DNA of 47,396 bases. It comes from an uncultured Candidatus Peribacteria bacterium (GTDB lineage: Bacteria > Patescibacteriota > Gracilibacteria > UBA1369 > UM-FILTER-41-14). The translations under genes were made by a program, and so were the position numbers. This document shows positions 27,299 through 36,809 of the stretch, in pieces. Position 1 is the stretch's first letter. Every line of letters starts with the position of its first letter. A model generated the notes under the pieces. The model saw nothing but the letters and a program-made list of their open reading frames with translations. It searched no databases and was not told the origin of the DNA. Location: assembly GCA_964386265.1 (NCBI GenBank), contig CAYLRB010000004.1, positions 1-47,396 of the forward strand, written 5' to 3'.

Positions 27299-28396
27299 GT
27301 GGAAATTTCGTTAACACCAACTAATAAAGAATTAGGGTTGTCGCAGTTAACTCATGGAAGACAAGATCAGTTTATTGAGCTGTTCCCTGATGAACCTAAA
27401 TACCGCTGGCAACAAATTGAAGAATCGTTACTTGCCGGCGTGTATGGTGGTTGGGATGAGTTGACTAATTTGCCTAAGTTTTTGAGAGAGGAGTTGAAAC
27501 TTAAAATGCCTTGGTTAAGTATTGAGCCAAAAGTTACTTTACAGAGTAAAAATAGAGATACTTATAAAGCTGCGTTTGCTTGTGAAGCTGGCGAATTTGA
27601 GTCAGTTTTGATGTCGAATGCTCGTGGTGATTGGACGATCTGTGTTTCTTCGCAGATTGGGTGTGGGATGGGATGTTCGTTTTGTGCTACAGGTAAAATG
27701 GGGTTTAAGTATAATCTACATAGTGATCAAATTGTGGATCAGTACCGTTACTGGAATTTTTTTATTAAGCAAAACCCTGAAGTTGGTGGGCGAATTAGCA
27801 ATATTGTTTTTATGGGTATGGGTGAACCGCTTGCGAACTATAAAAATGTAACAAAAGCAATTAGAGACTTGTTAAAACATACTGATTTGGGGCCAACAAA
27901 AATTACGGTTTCGTCGGTTGGTGTTGTTCCCGTATTGAAGAAGATTCTGTCAGATCCAGAATGGCCGCCAGTTAGAATTGCTATTTCACTCCATAGTGCT
28001 GATAAAATTACGCGAGGGGAAATTATTCAAACTTCTTATGAAAACTTTCTGGAAGACCTTAAAGAGTGGTCAATTGCTTATTTGAATACTTTGGGAAATC
28101 GCAGGCATCATATTACTTTTGAGTATGTAATGTTGAATGAAGTAAATGACAGTTTAGATGCAGCAAAAAAACTGGCAAATTTTGTTAAAAATATTGGCAA
28201 TTCAGAAAGTGTGAAAGTTAATTTAATTCCGTACAACTATACAGGAGATGTTTATCGCTGCAGTGAAGAAGAGCGTTTTGTTGCATTTATGAAGGTTTTG
28301 CAAGATGCTGGTGTAAATGTAACTCGTCGCAAAACAATGGGTGACGATATTAATGCTGCTTGTGGACAACTAATTACTTTGAGGCAAGAGGGCTAG
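27299..28396 (+). CDS. rlmN: 23S rRNA/tRNA adenine-C2 methyltransferase, radical SAM (RlmN/Cfr family)
   Basis: CVSSQIGCGMGCSFCATG radical-SAM CxxxCxxC cluster, GMGEPLAN, and a C-terminal INAACGQL Cys. GTG start. Confidence 0.8.
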   Translation: MEISLTPTNKELGLSQLTHGRQDQFIELFPDEPKYRWQQIEESLLAGVYGGWDELTNLPKFLREELKLKMPWLSIEPKVTLQSKNRDTYKAAFACEAGEFESVLMSNARGDWTICVSSQIGCGMGCSFCATGKMGFKYNLHSDQIVDQYRYWNFFIKQNPEVGGRISNIVFMGMGEPLANYKNVTKAIRDLLKHTDLGPTKITVSSVGVVPVLKKILSDPEWPPVRIAISLHSADKITRGEIIQTSYENFLEDLKEWSIAYLNTLGNRRHHITFEYVMLNEVNDSLDAAKKLANFVKNIGNSESVKVNLIPYNYTGDVYRCSEEERFVAFMKVLQDAGVNVTRRKTMGDDINAACGQLITLRQEG

Positions 28397-29321
28397 TTTT
28401 TCGCTTGTTTTGTAAATAATCTGAAATAGCTTTTGGGTTTGAAACCCAGTTTCGACTTTCTTTAAAAGCATCAATTTTACCTTGGCGAGCTAATAAACTT
28501 AAATAATCTTGAGAAAATGGTGTGCTTTTGGCCAAATCTCGCAGCGAAATATAATCATATTCTGTTGATTGATATCCGCCGCATGCCTCTAGGTGTAGGT
28601 CTAGGGATCTTTCAACAGCTTGGGCTACTAATAATTCAAGTTTTTGATAATTTCCATTGTTTGCTAAATTAAGTGCTTCGTAGTATTTAAACCGATCATT
28701 TTTTAGGATAATTGCAGGTGGAAAACCTGCTTGCATTAATATTAGATTCATTAATAGTCGCCCAGTCCGTCCATTGCCATCGAAAAATGGATGAATCCAG
28801 ACGAATTTATGGTGAAAATGAGTCGCTAAGGTTACAGGATTAGCTAAATTCATTTGTTTTTTTGTCCATGTAACTAAATTCTTCATTAATTCTGGCACTT
28901 TTCGAGAGTTGGGTGGTATAAAATTTGCACCGATAATTCTGACTCTGCCGTTTCTGTATCTGCCTTTAAAATCTTCTTCTATTCGGTCTAATACAAGAGT
29001 TTGAATATTTAGGATAATATTTTCGGTTATTTGTGATGATTTTTGAACTAATTTTGATAAGAATTCAATGGCATGTTGATGATTTTGAGCTTCAAAGTGC
29101 TCGCGTAAAGATTTTCCTTTTATTGTAATCCCTTGTTCAATTAGTAACTTGGTTTCTCTTAATGTTAGAGAATTGCCTTCAATGGCATTTGAGTTGTATG
29201 TCCATTCTAGATTTAATTGCTCTGTTAATCGATTCAAAATTACTTTAGACAGCGGTCTATTTTTGTATAGTAGAGCCTTTTTTTCTTTAATTCGCTGCAA
29301 AATGTTTTCAGTCGTGCTCAT
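28374..29321 (-). CDS. Fic (Fido) family protein
   Basis: HPFFDGNGRTGR Fic core motif. There is an upstream SNAIEGN segment of the (S/T)xxxE(G/N) inhibitory-helix type. The 3' end overlaps the convergent rlmN by 23 nt. Confidence 0.8.
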   Translation of the reverse strand: MSTTENILQRIKEKKALLYKNRPLSKVILNRLTEQLNLEWTYNSNAIEGNSLTLRETKLLIEQGITIKGKSLREHFEAQNHQHAIEFLSKLVQKSSQITENIILNIQTLVLDRIEEDFKGRYRNGRVRIIGANFIPPNSRKVPELMKNLVTWTKKQMNLANPVTLATHFHHKFVWIHPFFDGNGRTGRLLMNLILMQAGFPPAIILKNDRFKYYEALNLANNGNYQKLELLVAQAVERSLDLHLEACGGYQSTEYDYISLRDLAKSTPFSQDYLSLLARQGKIDAFKESRNWVSNPKAISDYLQNKRKTSPLASK

Positions 29322-29428
29322 GTGGTTTGGTATTGGATAAGTATAAAAATTATACTATCCGATATTTTGTAGGTCAACTTTTTTGAGATCTAAAACTGTG
29401 TTATACGTATTTTGTATTAAGCAATTTA

Positions 29429-30313
29429 ATGAATTTTGTGAATAAAACTTTGAGTCGTTTACAGACAACATCGGCCTGTTTTGATGATAAATTGGCTTTG
29501 TTGCGTAATGAGTTAGTTGAGATTTTAAACGGTAAATCTGTTTATGTTTTAGATGGTGGGCGTGGTGTGGTTGGGGAAATTGTTGATAAATCTTTGGAGA
29601 AAACTAAAGACTCAATTGTTAAAGATTATATTGAGAAGAATCTATTTGCAGGGAAAAAACCAAATACTGCAGGTGAAATGTTTCAGAGTTTGTTTTCTGA
29701 CAATGTGTTAGTTGAAAATATCGATCTAGCTAAATCTTCATTTTTAGTAGAAAACTATCGGCAAAAGGCTGGTTTAATTGTTTTGGCTGGATCACCTTTG
29801 GACTGGGATGCGAGTTTGGATGATCAATTTTGCTACTTAGCTAAGGATTATTTGCAAATTTATGAGTCTGCAAGAAGCGGCAAAATTCCTCTATTGGGAG
29901 TTTGTTTTGGCTTTCAAACTTTAGCTTCTGTTGTTGATGGATTGAGTGTTAAAGCTCTGAATAGAAAAATTAAGCGACATGTATTGGTTCATTCTGTTTG
30001 TGGTCAGGAGTTAAGTTTGTATTCAAACCATGGTCAGGGGGTAAAAATGCGGGCTGGAGAGTTTAAATCGCAAAAAATTCAGCCACTTTTCTATCACAGA
30101 AAATTGTTGTATGGAGCTTTAATTATTGACGAAGGTTATACTGCTCTTGGTTTACAGATGCACCCTGAGGGAATGATTTTACAAACTTTGGTTGATGTTG
30201 CCGTTTTATCAGATTTGGATGATGACGATTTTTTACGAATGATAAACATGCGTAGTGATTCATTGAAGTTTGTGTTGGAGAAAGTGCTGGCGTATTTGCG
30301 AGATAGTCTGTAA
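29429..30313 (+). CDS. class I glutamine amidotransferase-like protein
   Basis: LLGVCFGFQTLA nucleophile elbow (GxCxGxQ) and LQMHPE. The N-terminal ~110 aa are unassigned. Confidence 0.55.
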   Translation: MNFVNKTLSRLQTTSACFDDKLALLRNELVEILNGKSVYVLDGGRGVVGEIVDKSLEKTKDSIVKDYIEKNLFAGKKPNTAGEMFQSLFSDNVLVENIDLAKSSFLVENYRQKAGLIVLAGSPLDWDASLDDQFCYLAKDYLQIYESARSGKIPLLGVCFGFQTLASVVDGLSVKALNRKIKRHVLVHSVCGQELSLYSNHGQGVKMRAGEFKSQKIQPLFYHRKLLYGALIIDEGYTALGLQMHPEGMILQTLVDVAVLSDLDDDDFLRMINMRSDSLKFVLEKVLAYLRDSL

Positions 30314-30337
30314 ATTTTTATTAATGAATTTCGAATT

Positions 30338-31456
30338 ATGAACTTTGCTTACTTTGGCCGCCTAGCTGTTGAAAAAGGGTTTGATCAGATTATTAGTAGT
30401 TGGCTTGAATTACAAAAAAAATCTGATTTGAAAGCTGGTTTATTGGTTTTTGGAAATGGCCTTTTGGTAGAAAAGTTTTTAAATTCTGGTCTAGGTATAG
30501 TTGATTGGAGTACTAAGTCTGATGCGGATTTGCTTAATGCTAGTGTTGAAGCTGGTGAGATTTACTATGCTGGTCAGCGTAATTTTAAAGAAGTTATTAA
30601 GCCTATGTTGCAAAAGCACATTGATTATACTTTGATGCCTTCACGATATATTGAAACTTTTGGTTTAAGTGCTCTTGAGTCTTTGGGCGCTGGTGTTCCG
30701 GTTATTGGTTTTAGACATGGTGGGCTTAAAAATTTTGTTTCGGAAGATCTTGAAATTAAGTCTAGTTTACTTGAAAAAATTGAGGAACTTTTTGAGAATT
30801 CGCATAAACCAGATGTCTTGCCAATAGCAAATTTGGATTTGTTCAGCTCAGCTAGTTGGTTAAAAAAATTTAAGCAGCTTATACCGGCAGAAGCTAAAAG
30901 AATACTGCTTCTTAATGACTTTGTGGGGCAGATTGGTGGTGCAGAAATATTTGTGGACAGAGTTGTTAACTTGCTAAAAACAAATGGCTATGATGTTGAA
31001 CTACATAGCGGTTGTGAAGTAAGTGAAAAACCTTCGTGGCAGTCAATGTTAAAAGCTGTTTTTAATTTGTCAGCGTACTTTAAGCTACGAAAAAAACTCA
31101 AAAAATTTAAACCTGATGTTGTTTGGTGTCACAGTTTGATGCGCGGTTTTGGTCCGCTACCATTAGCCGCACTAGATGGTTCAACTTTTAATATTTTGAC
31201 ACACCATGATGCAGGTTTATTAATTCCCTACCCTAGTTTGTTGACTAGCGAATCTGATTTGCTTAATGGTCAAAGTAACCTTTCATTCACGAAAAAAATT
31301 GGTGGCTTTTTAAAGTCGGTTTTGTTGGTTAGAAGACTTAAAAAAAGGTTTGCTAAGTTTGATTTGCAGCTAGTGCCTAGCGAGTTTTTGCTTGAGCCAG
31401 TTGAACGATTTTTGCCAAATGTTGTGGCGGAAGTTTTACCGCATTTTGTTGATTGA
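30338..31456 (+). CDS. GT-B (GT4-like) glycosyltransferase with swapped domain order (C-domain first, N-domain second)
   Basis: aa 1-~140 match the C-terminal Rossmann domain of GT4 enzymes: FAYFGRLAVEKG, LLVFGNG, PSRYIETFGLSALESLGAGVPVIG..GGL. aa ~186-372 match the N-terminal domain: RILLLNDFVGQIGGAEIFVDRVVNLLKTNGYDVEL, KPDVVWCHS, LTHHD, VPSEF, VLPHFVD. Confidence 0.55.
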   Translation: MNFAYFGRLAVEKGFDQIISSWLELQKKSDLKAGLLVFGNGLLVEKFLNSGLGIVDWSTKSDADLLNASVEAGEIYYAGQRNFKEVIKPMLQKHIDYTLMPSRYIETFGLSALESLGAGVPVIGFRHGGLKNFVSEDLEIKSSLLEKIEELFENSHKPDVLPIANLDLFSSASWLKKFKQLIPAEAKRILLLNDFVGQIGGAEIFVDRVVNLLKTNGYDVELHSGCEVSEKPSWQSMLKAVFNLSAYFKLRKKLKKFKPDVVWCHSLMRGFGPLPLAALDGSTFNILTHHDAGLLIPYPSLLTSESDLLNGQSNLSFTKKIGGFLKSVLLVRRLKKRFAKFDLQLVPSEFLLEPVERFLPNVVAEVLPHFVD

Positions 31457-31458
31457 TA

Positions 31459-32124
31459 TTACCATTTGATGGTTGGCAGATGGTGTTTAGCTAAGTATTC
31501 GTTTGCTTTGCTAAAATGTCCACAGCCAAAAAATCCGTTGTAAGCTGAAAGTGGTGATGGGTGAGCAGCTTTTAATACAAGATGCTTGCTTTCATCAATC
31601 ACTTTGCCTTTTTCTTGTGCATAACGACCCCAAAGTAGAAAGACGACGTTTGTTTTATGTGATGAAATCGTTTCAACAATTGTATCCGTAAACTGTTCCC
31701 ATCCCTTTTTTTGATGTGAGCCTGCTTGGCCAGCTCTAACAGTTAAAGTTGCATTTAAAAGTAAAACACCTTGTTTTGCCCAATGTTCTAAATTGCCAGT
31801 TGAAGGAATGGGCTTTTTAAGATCTGTAGCAATCTCTTTGTAGATGTTTTGAAGTGAAGGTGGGATTGCAATTTTGTCATGAACAGAAAAGCATAAACCA
31901 TTTGCTTGCCCAGGCCCGTGGTACGGGTCTTGCCCAAGGATTACAACTTTTACTTGTTCAAATGGGCAAAGGTCAAGTGCGCGAAAAATCTCTTTACCAG
32001 GTGGATAGATCTTTGTTTTTTTGTACTCATCGCGGATAAATTCTGTAAGTTCACTAAAGTATGGTTTTTCAAATTCTGATTCCAATTTTTTCTGCCATGA
32101 AGGATGAATTTTGACTTGGGTCAT
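31459..32124 (-). CDS. ung: uracil-DNA glycosylase, family 1
   Basis: [22 protein letters not shown] and AAHPSPLSA motifs. The start is placed at ATG 32124 ([11 protein letters not shown]), not at the TTG-initiated track ORF ending at 32178. Confidence 0.85.
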   Translation of the reverse strand: MTQVKIHPSWQKKLESEFEKPYFSELTEFIRDEYKKTKIYPPGKEIFRALDLCPFEQVKVVILGQDPYHGPGQANGLCFSVHDKIAIPPSLQNIYKEIATDLKKPIPSTGNLEHWAKQGVLLLNATLTVRAGQAGSHQKKGWEQFTDTIVETISSHKTNVVFLLWGRYAQEKGKVIDESKHLVLKAAHPSPLSAYNGFFGCGHFSKANEYLAKHHLPTIKW

Positions 32125-32141
32125 GGTGGGAGTTGGAAAGG

Positions 32142-32170
32142 TTGATTGGAGTTTAGTAATTAAGTATATT
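32142..32170 (+). promoter_or_regulatory. candidate promoter of the effector/cas operon
   Basis: TTGATT (32142-32147), 17 nt, TATATT (32165-32170), ~25 nt upstream of the effector start. Such matches are common in AT-rich DNA. Confidence 0.25.
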
Positions 32171-32193
32171 ATGATCAATATAATTTTAGAATA

Positions 32194-35100
32194 TTGTCAA
32201 TGGCTATAAATAACAATTCAAATAGAGTTAAAAAATTTGAAAAAGCTGGTTACAGTATCCATTTTGATCGCTTTCGTGATATGCGATGTGACATATCGGC
32301 AATAAGAACTCACAAGTTTAAATGTAAAATCCCTAGAGGTGCAGAAAATAGCTTGTGCGAAAAATTTGAAGGTGTTGCAGGCGTGGTAGGTTCGAGTGAT
32401 AAGGGGTCTTTACTTTGGTTTCTTGTGCAGCTTTATGGGTTGGGTTTTTTATTTGTTTCAAAAGAAGGGAGTAAGAATGCTCTACTAAACAAGCTATATG
32501 GCAGAGATAGTGATGAGTTGGAAATTTCGTCAGACTACAGAGACCACATTCAAAATAAAGAAGCTTTAGCGGAGTTTCTTACTAAAAGCCCTCGCAATGT
32601 TCTTGAAGCTATAAAAGATGATCTCCTTCCCCAGTCGATAATCAAAGGCCTTGTCACGATTTTTTGTCAGAAGGAAAGCAAAATTGATACAAAGAAATTG
32701 CCGGAAAATTCAGTGTTGAAACGAGCTCATGACGGATTGTTAGATCTCGCAAGAAAGAGGAATCGATTGAGTCAAGGTGATATTCAGGAATTTTTTGGTA
32801 TCAAAATTGATGCTCAAGATACTGGTGGAACAACTTTTGTTATTCAGGAAATTCCTTTAGCAGATCTAAAAAAAAACGCTGTTGGAATTGAAATTTATGA
32901 TGCTTATTTTCGTTGTTTGCTGCCCGCATCACAAAAGACCGGTTATGATATTCAGTCGCTTGCGGGTGTTTCAGAAAATCAAAATGCTCTTTCTAACCTT
33001 TTTGGAAAATCACTAAAGGCTTTTCAAAATAGTTACGATGAGTGCAGACGTTTGTTAAGTTTCGGAAATCCTGACTATTTAAAAAAGCATCCAGAGATAT
33101 TAGATTTTCTTGCAAATGCAGTGCATCGAATTGCTCGTGATGTAAATTCATCTGCTACATCTGACTTCATTGCTGATAATTGGGGAGAATATAGAAATCT
33201 AGTGGGGGGAAGGTTACAGGGCTGGCTTTCTAACTTCCAAAATCGTTTAAAATTGTTTGAAGAAGCTCTTTCAGATGGAGTAAAAGGCGATAAAGTTGAT
33301 TCGAAAAAAGTAGCAAAAACTCATAAAGAAGTTTTTGAAGAAATAAAAAATAGCTGTGATTGGAGAAGAGTTTTTCCCCCAACACAGCGTCTAAATTTTG
33401 AGAAGTTATGTGAGTTGAGAGCTTCTCTTGCTAAGTCTTTGAAAGCGATTAAAGGAGAAATAAAATCAGAAAATAAACAAAAAGATTTCGGCACTTTGCT
33501 TAATGAATATAATGTGTATTTGCAAGGCTTCAGAGAGTTTTTAATGAAGTGGAGTAACGAGGGAATTCCGGAGAATTTTGAAGATGAAGATGGCAAAACG
33601 CATAAAATCAAAATCGAGAAATTGAAAAAGGGCGACGCCCAAATTCAAGCTGTTCCTGGAGAATTTGAGATATTTATAAATCTAACTGGCGGTGATTCAA
33701 AGAAGAAAAAATCGAAGAAAAACTTTGAGGAACAGAAAGAAGAGAAAAGTGAGAATTTAGATCAGAAGGTAATTGGCTATTGGTCAAGCTCCTTTGTTCC
33801 ATCTGTGCTAGATCGCTATCCGCGTTTTATTGGTCAGGCGCAAAAAGATCCCCAGAAAGAAATTGATAATGCTCGTAAATCTTTATTCATGATGGCTTCA
33901 GAGGCTATTCAATTTGTCAGAGAAATTCGTAAGAACAACGCAAAAGACAAAAAATTTTCTGCCGAAAAATGGCTGAAGGGAAAAAGAGGAAATGGTCACG
34001 GATTATTTCATAAGAATCTTGACACCTTGCGAGGACTGGCTTCGCGATTTGATGAAACTAAAATTGAAAAATCGCATTCATTCAAATTTCTACAAAAATT
34101 TGTCGATCCTCAAAATTCTCTTGATGATGAGCAAAATGGAAAATGGCAGAAGAAAAATTTGTCAGCAGTGAATTTTTTTGTTTCTGGTTATGAGTATCGA
34201 AACAAAAACTTTTTAGCCGCAAAAGAAGTTAGTTTCGATGATTATTTAAAAATTTTTGAAGAGCATTTTAGACTAGATAAAGTATGCTCAGAAGCTGATT
34301 TAAAAAACTGGCTCGGCTTTCAAGGTGACAACATTTCTTGGTTCACAAATGAATTCGGAGAAGTTTTAAAAATTTATCTCTCTTTGCTGCTACGTGATCT
34401 TGATAAAAAAATTGAATTACCAACTTCATTGCAAGATTTTCATGAGCTAAAGAAAACAACTTTGGCTAGTTTGTTGTTTGATGATTCAGGAAAGATGAAG
34501 TCTGGTAATGTGGATGTAGAAACGGTTCGCGGATTTTTTGCCTCAAGTATTGGCTCGGAAATTCGCAGCAAAATTTCTATTCTTTCGCGTAAAAATTACC
34601 TGAAGCGCAATGTCATCCAAATCACCAACGGCGCACAAACTTTATTGCGTTATGTTCCAATTGAGTGGGGGAATTTTGATCATCTTAGCGAGAAGTCTCG
34701 TAAAAAAATCTGTCGCAATTACATCAAACGTAAAACATATAAAACTTATTCCGGTTTTTCAGAAGAAAATTTAGAGATACTGAAAACCGAAGAAATCAAA
34801 GGCTCAACCAGCGCTGAGATTGCAGCAGCAATTTGGAAAAATTTCTCCACTCAAAATAATGATACGCAAAGAAAATTGGCGCAAATTCTTGGTGAAATGC
34901 CGCATCGCTGGGAAGTTGTTTTGAAAACAGAACAGCCAATCAACGGTCTTGATACAATTGAAAGTGGTTTGTTGTTGGAAAAGTCGAACAAAAGAAATGT
35001 CTTTAATTTCTGCTTAAAAAAAACTGGCTATCTTCACTCATTGCCAATCCAAACTTCAGTTTACCAAAAGCAGTTTCTCGATAAATTTTTATGGGGAGAT

Positions 35101-36201
35101 AAGAAAGGGGTGCTCACTGAGAAAATCATGGGAGCTAGCGTCATTATTGAACAGATCATTGATATAAAAACAGGCTTGCTGAAAAGGCCGAAAAATAGTG
35201 AAGAAAATTTTTCACTTTACTGCGCTATCCCATTCCAGTTCGCAAAAGAAGAAGGCGAAAAGAATCGATTCAAAAAAGAAGAAAAACACAGTGGCAAATA
35301 TCGACTCTCAACTAATGACCATGAAAATGTTCTTGGCATTGATCTAGGTGAATATGGTTTTGGTTGGGCGTTGTTTGATCCAGTAACTCAGAAATTTGGA
35401 AAAAAAGGTTTTGTTGAAATTCCTTTGTTACAAAAAATGCGTGATGGTGCCGCAAATTGGAAAGATGCACAAGCTAGCGGAATTTTTTCTCGTCCAACGA
35501 CTTACCTTGCTGACATTCGCGAACAAGCTGCTGGACAAATCCGCAACCAAATTCACCATTTAGCAATTACTCACAAAGCCAAACCTGTTTACGAAGATTC
35601 AGTTGATGGCTTTGAAAGTGGCGGTCAACGCGTTTCTAAGCTCTACAAAACTCTCAAAACATCTGACGTAATTTCTGGTGTTTCGAATTCAGCTGATGAA
35701 GCTGTACGTAGTCATTTTTGGGGAAATAAGTTTGTACAAATTGGCGGTGTTATTGGTGCGGCGAAGACTTCGCAGACTTGTAGAAAATGTGGCAAATGTG
35801 CTACTCATGAAGTTAGAAAACTTGAAGTAGATGAGGTTGAGATTGTGAACAAAGTGATAATAGGTTCTGGCGTTTATTGTGACTTTGAGAATGGAAAATT
35901 TTCTAAGAAGGAAGTAGAAGCCGCCGTGAAAAAAGCTCAACGTTTTGAGTCTGAAGAAGAAAAAAAAGCTCGCGAATCAGGAAAAAAATTTCGTGGAACT
36001 GTGGAGCAATTTGAGTGTCAGATGGTTGATTGTTATAATGTTACTGACGCTGATGCACAAGCTGCGCAAAACATTGCTCTGAAGTTTTACCTGAAGTCTG
36101 CTGTGACCGCGGAGGAGAAAGAATTATTTCAAACTGAGGATGGGAATTTTTCTACTTTGAGATATTTTCTAGCAAAGTCTAAGGATTTTTTAACTGAATA
36201 A
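32194..36201 (+). CDS. cas12d: type V CRISPR single effector, Cas12d (CasY)-like RuvC nuclease
   Basis: 1335 aa (TTG 32194; ATG alternative at 32200), first gene of the cas4-cas1-cas2-array operon. RuvC-I is [12 protein letters not shown] (D1050, nt 35341). RuvC-II is KPVYEDSVD (E1134, nt 35593). RuvC-III is [16 protein letters not shown] (D1285/D1287, nt 36046-36054). A Cys4 zinc ribbon (CRKC at C1196/C1199; CQMVDC at C1275/C1280) is inserted between RuvC-II and RuvC-III. No HNH domain. Several segments resemble CasY.1 as I recall it. Subtype assignment within the Cas12c/Cas12d clade is an inference. Confidence 0.85.
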   Translation: MSMAINNNSNRVKKFEKAGYSIHFDRFRDMRCDISAIRTHKFKCKIPRGAENSLCEKFEGVAGVVGSSDKGSLLWFLVQLYGLGFLFVSKEGSKNALLNKLYGRDSDELEISSDYRDHIQNKEALAEFLTKSPRNVLEAIKDDLLPQSIIKGLVTIFCQKESKIDTKKLPENSVLKRAHDGLLDLARKRNRLSQGDIQEFFGIKIDAQDTGGTTFVIQEIPLADLKKNAVGIEIYDAYFRCLLPASQKTGYDIQSLAGVSENQNALSNLFGKSLKAFQNSYDECRRLLSFGNPDYLKKHPEILDFLANAVHRIARDVNSSATSDFIADNWGEYRNLVGGRLQGWLSNFQNRLKLFEEALSDGVKGDKVDSKKVAKTHKEVFEEIKNSCDWRRVFPPTQRLNFEKLCELRASLAKSLKAIKGEIKSENKQKDFGTLLNEYNVYLQGFREFLMKWSNEGIPENFEDEDGKTHKIKIEKLKKGDAQIQAVPGEFEIFINLTGGDSKKKKSKKNFEEQKEEKSENLDQKVIGYWSSSFVPSVLDRYPRFIGQAQKDPQKEIDNARKSLFMMASEAIQFVREIRKNNAKDKKFSAEKWLKGKRGNGHGLFHKNLDTLRGLASRFDETKIEKSHSFKFLQKFVDPQNSLDDEQNGKWQKKNLSAVNFFVSGYEYRNKNFLAAKEVSFDDYLKIFEEHFRLDKVCSEADLKNWLGFQGDNISWFTNEFGEVLKIYLSLLLRDLDKKIELPTSLQDFHELKKTTLASLLFDDSGKMKSGNVDVETVRGFFASSIGSEIRSKISILSRKNYLKRNVIQITNGAQTLLRYVPIEWGNFDHLSEKSRKKICRNYIKRKTYKTYSGFSEENLEILKTEEIKGSTSAEIAAAIWKNFSTQNNDTQRKLAQILGEMPHRWEVVLKTEQPINGLDTIESGLLLEKSNKRNVFNFCLKKTGYLHSLPIQTSVYQKQFLDKFLWGDKKGVLTEKIMGASVIIEQIIDIKTGLLKRPKNSEENFSLYCAIPFQFAKEEGEKNRFKKEEKHSGKYRLSTNDHENVLGIDLGEYGFGWALFDPVTQKFGKKGFVEIPLLQKMRDGAANWKDAQASGIFSRPTTYLADIREQAAGQIRNQIHHLAITHKAKPVYEDSVDGFESGGQRVSKLYKTLKTSDVISGVSNSADEAVRSHFWGNKFVQIGGVIGAAKTSQTCRKCGKCATHEVRKLEVDEVEIVNKVIIGSGVYCDFENGKFSKKEVEAAVKKAQRFESEEEKKARESGKKFRGTVEQFECQMVDCYNVTDADAQAAQNIALKFYLKSAVTAEEKELFQTEDGNFSTLRYFLAKSKDFLTE

Positions 36202-36207
36202 TTTATT

Positions 36208-36771
36208 ATGCTTCCATTGTCATATGTAGCGGAGTATACATATTGTCAGCGTAGTGCTTTCTACCTATTGGTTGATACTAACTCCGTATACCGTAATGAA
36301 AATGAATACATTCAGGAGGGTAGACTTGTCCACCAGAAAATTGATATAGGCTATGCATATGCAAAAGCTGAGAGAAGGGTTGAGTCATCTTTTTTTGTAT
36401 TTTCTAAAGCATTAAATATTCTTGGGAAAATAGATTTAGTTGAATTTTTTGAAGATAAAATCGTACCAATTGAAGTAAAAAGGGGAATAAGGAGAAATAA
36501 TGAAATGCACACTGTGCAATTGATATTAGCTGCATTGTGCTTACAAGAAATGTTTCCTGCTCATCGCATTGAAAAAGGGGCAATTTTTTTTACTGGAGAT
36601 AGAAAAAGAATAGAAATTGAATTCGATGACCATTTGATACAAAAAACATTAAATTTAGTTTATGAATTGAACAAAAAAACTGATAAAATTTTAGATCCTA
36701 GAAATTTTAAGATGCAGAAAGGGAAAATCTGTCAAGGATGTTGTTTTTATGACTTGTGTCATGTGGAATAG
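36208..36771 (+). CDS. cas4: Cas4 (RecB-like nuclease with Fe-S Cys cluster)
   Basis: N-terminal YTYCQRSAFY Cys, GKIDLVE (motif II Asp), IEVKRG (ExK), QLILAAL (Q motif), C-terminal CQGCCFYDLC (C-x2-C-x5-C). Lies 6 nt after the effector stop. Confidence 0.85.
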   Translation: MLPLSYVAEYTYCQRSAFYLLVDTNSVYRNENEYIQEGRLVHQKIDIGYAYAKAERRVESSFFVFSKALNILGKIDLVEFFEDKIVPIEVKRGIRRNNEMHTVQLILAALCLQEMFPAHRIEKGAIFFTGDRKRIEIEFDDHLIQKTLNLVYELNKKTDKILDPRNFKMQKGKICQGCCFYDLCHVE

Positions 36772-36809
36772 TATTGTATATTTGTATCTTTGTGTTTCTA
36801 ATCTATAAA

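Noticed and set aside
32125-32193. Direct repeat of the tRNA-Asn 3' end (att-like site) at the ung/effector boundary
   Set aside because: Only a 7-nt match (GAGTTGG) was seen, which is within chance expectation. No integrase is present.
36756-36809. N-terminal extension of cas1 (and similarly 32125-32178 for ung)
   Set aside because: Both extensions start at GTG/TTG and encode hydrophobic junk. The cas1 extension overlaps cas4, and the ung extension consumes the intergenic promoter region. Internal ATGs give conserved-looking N-termini.
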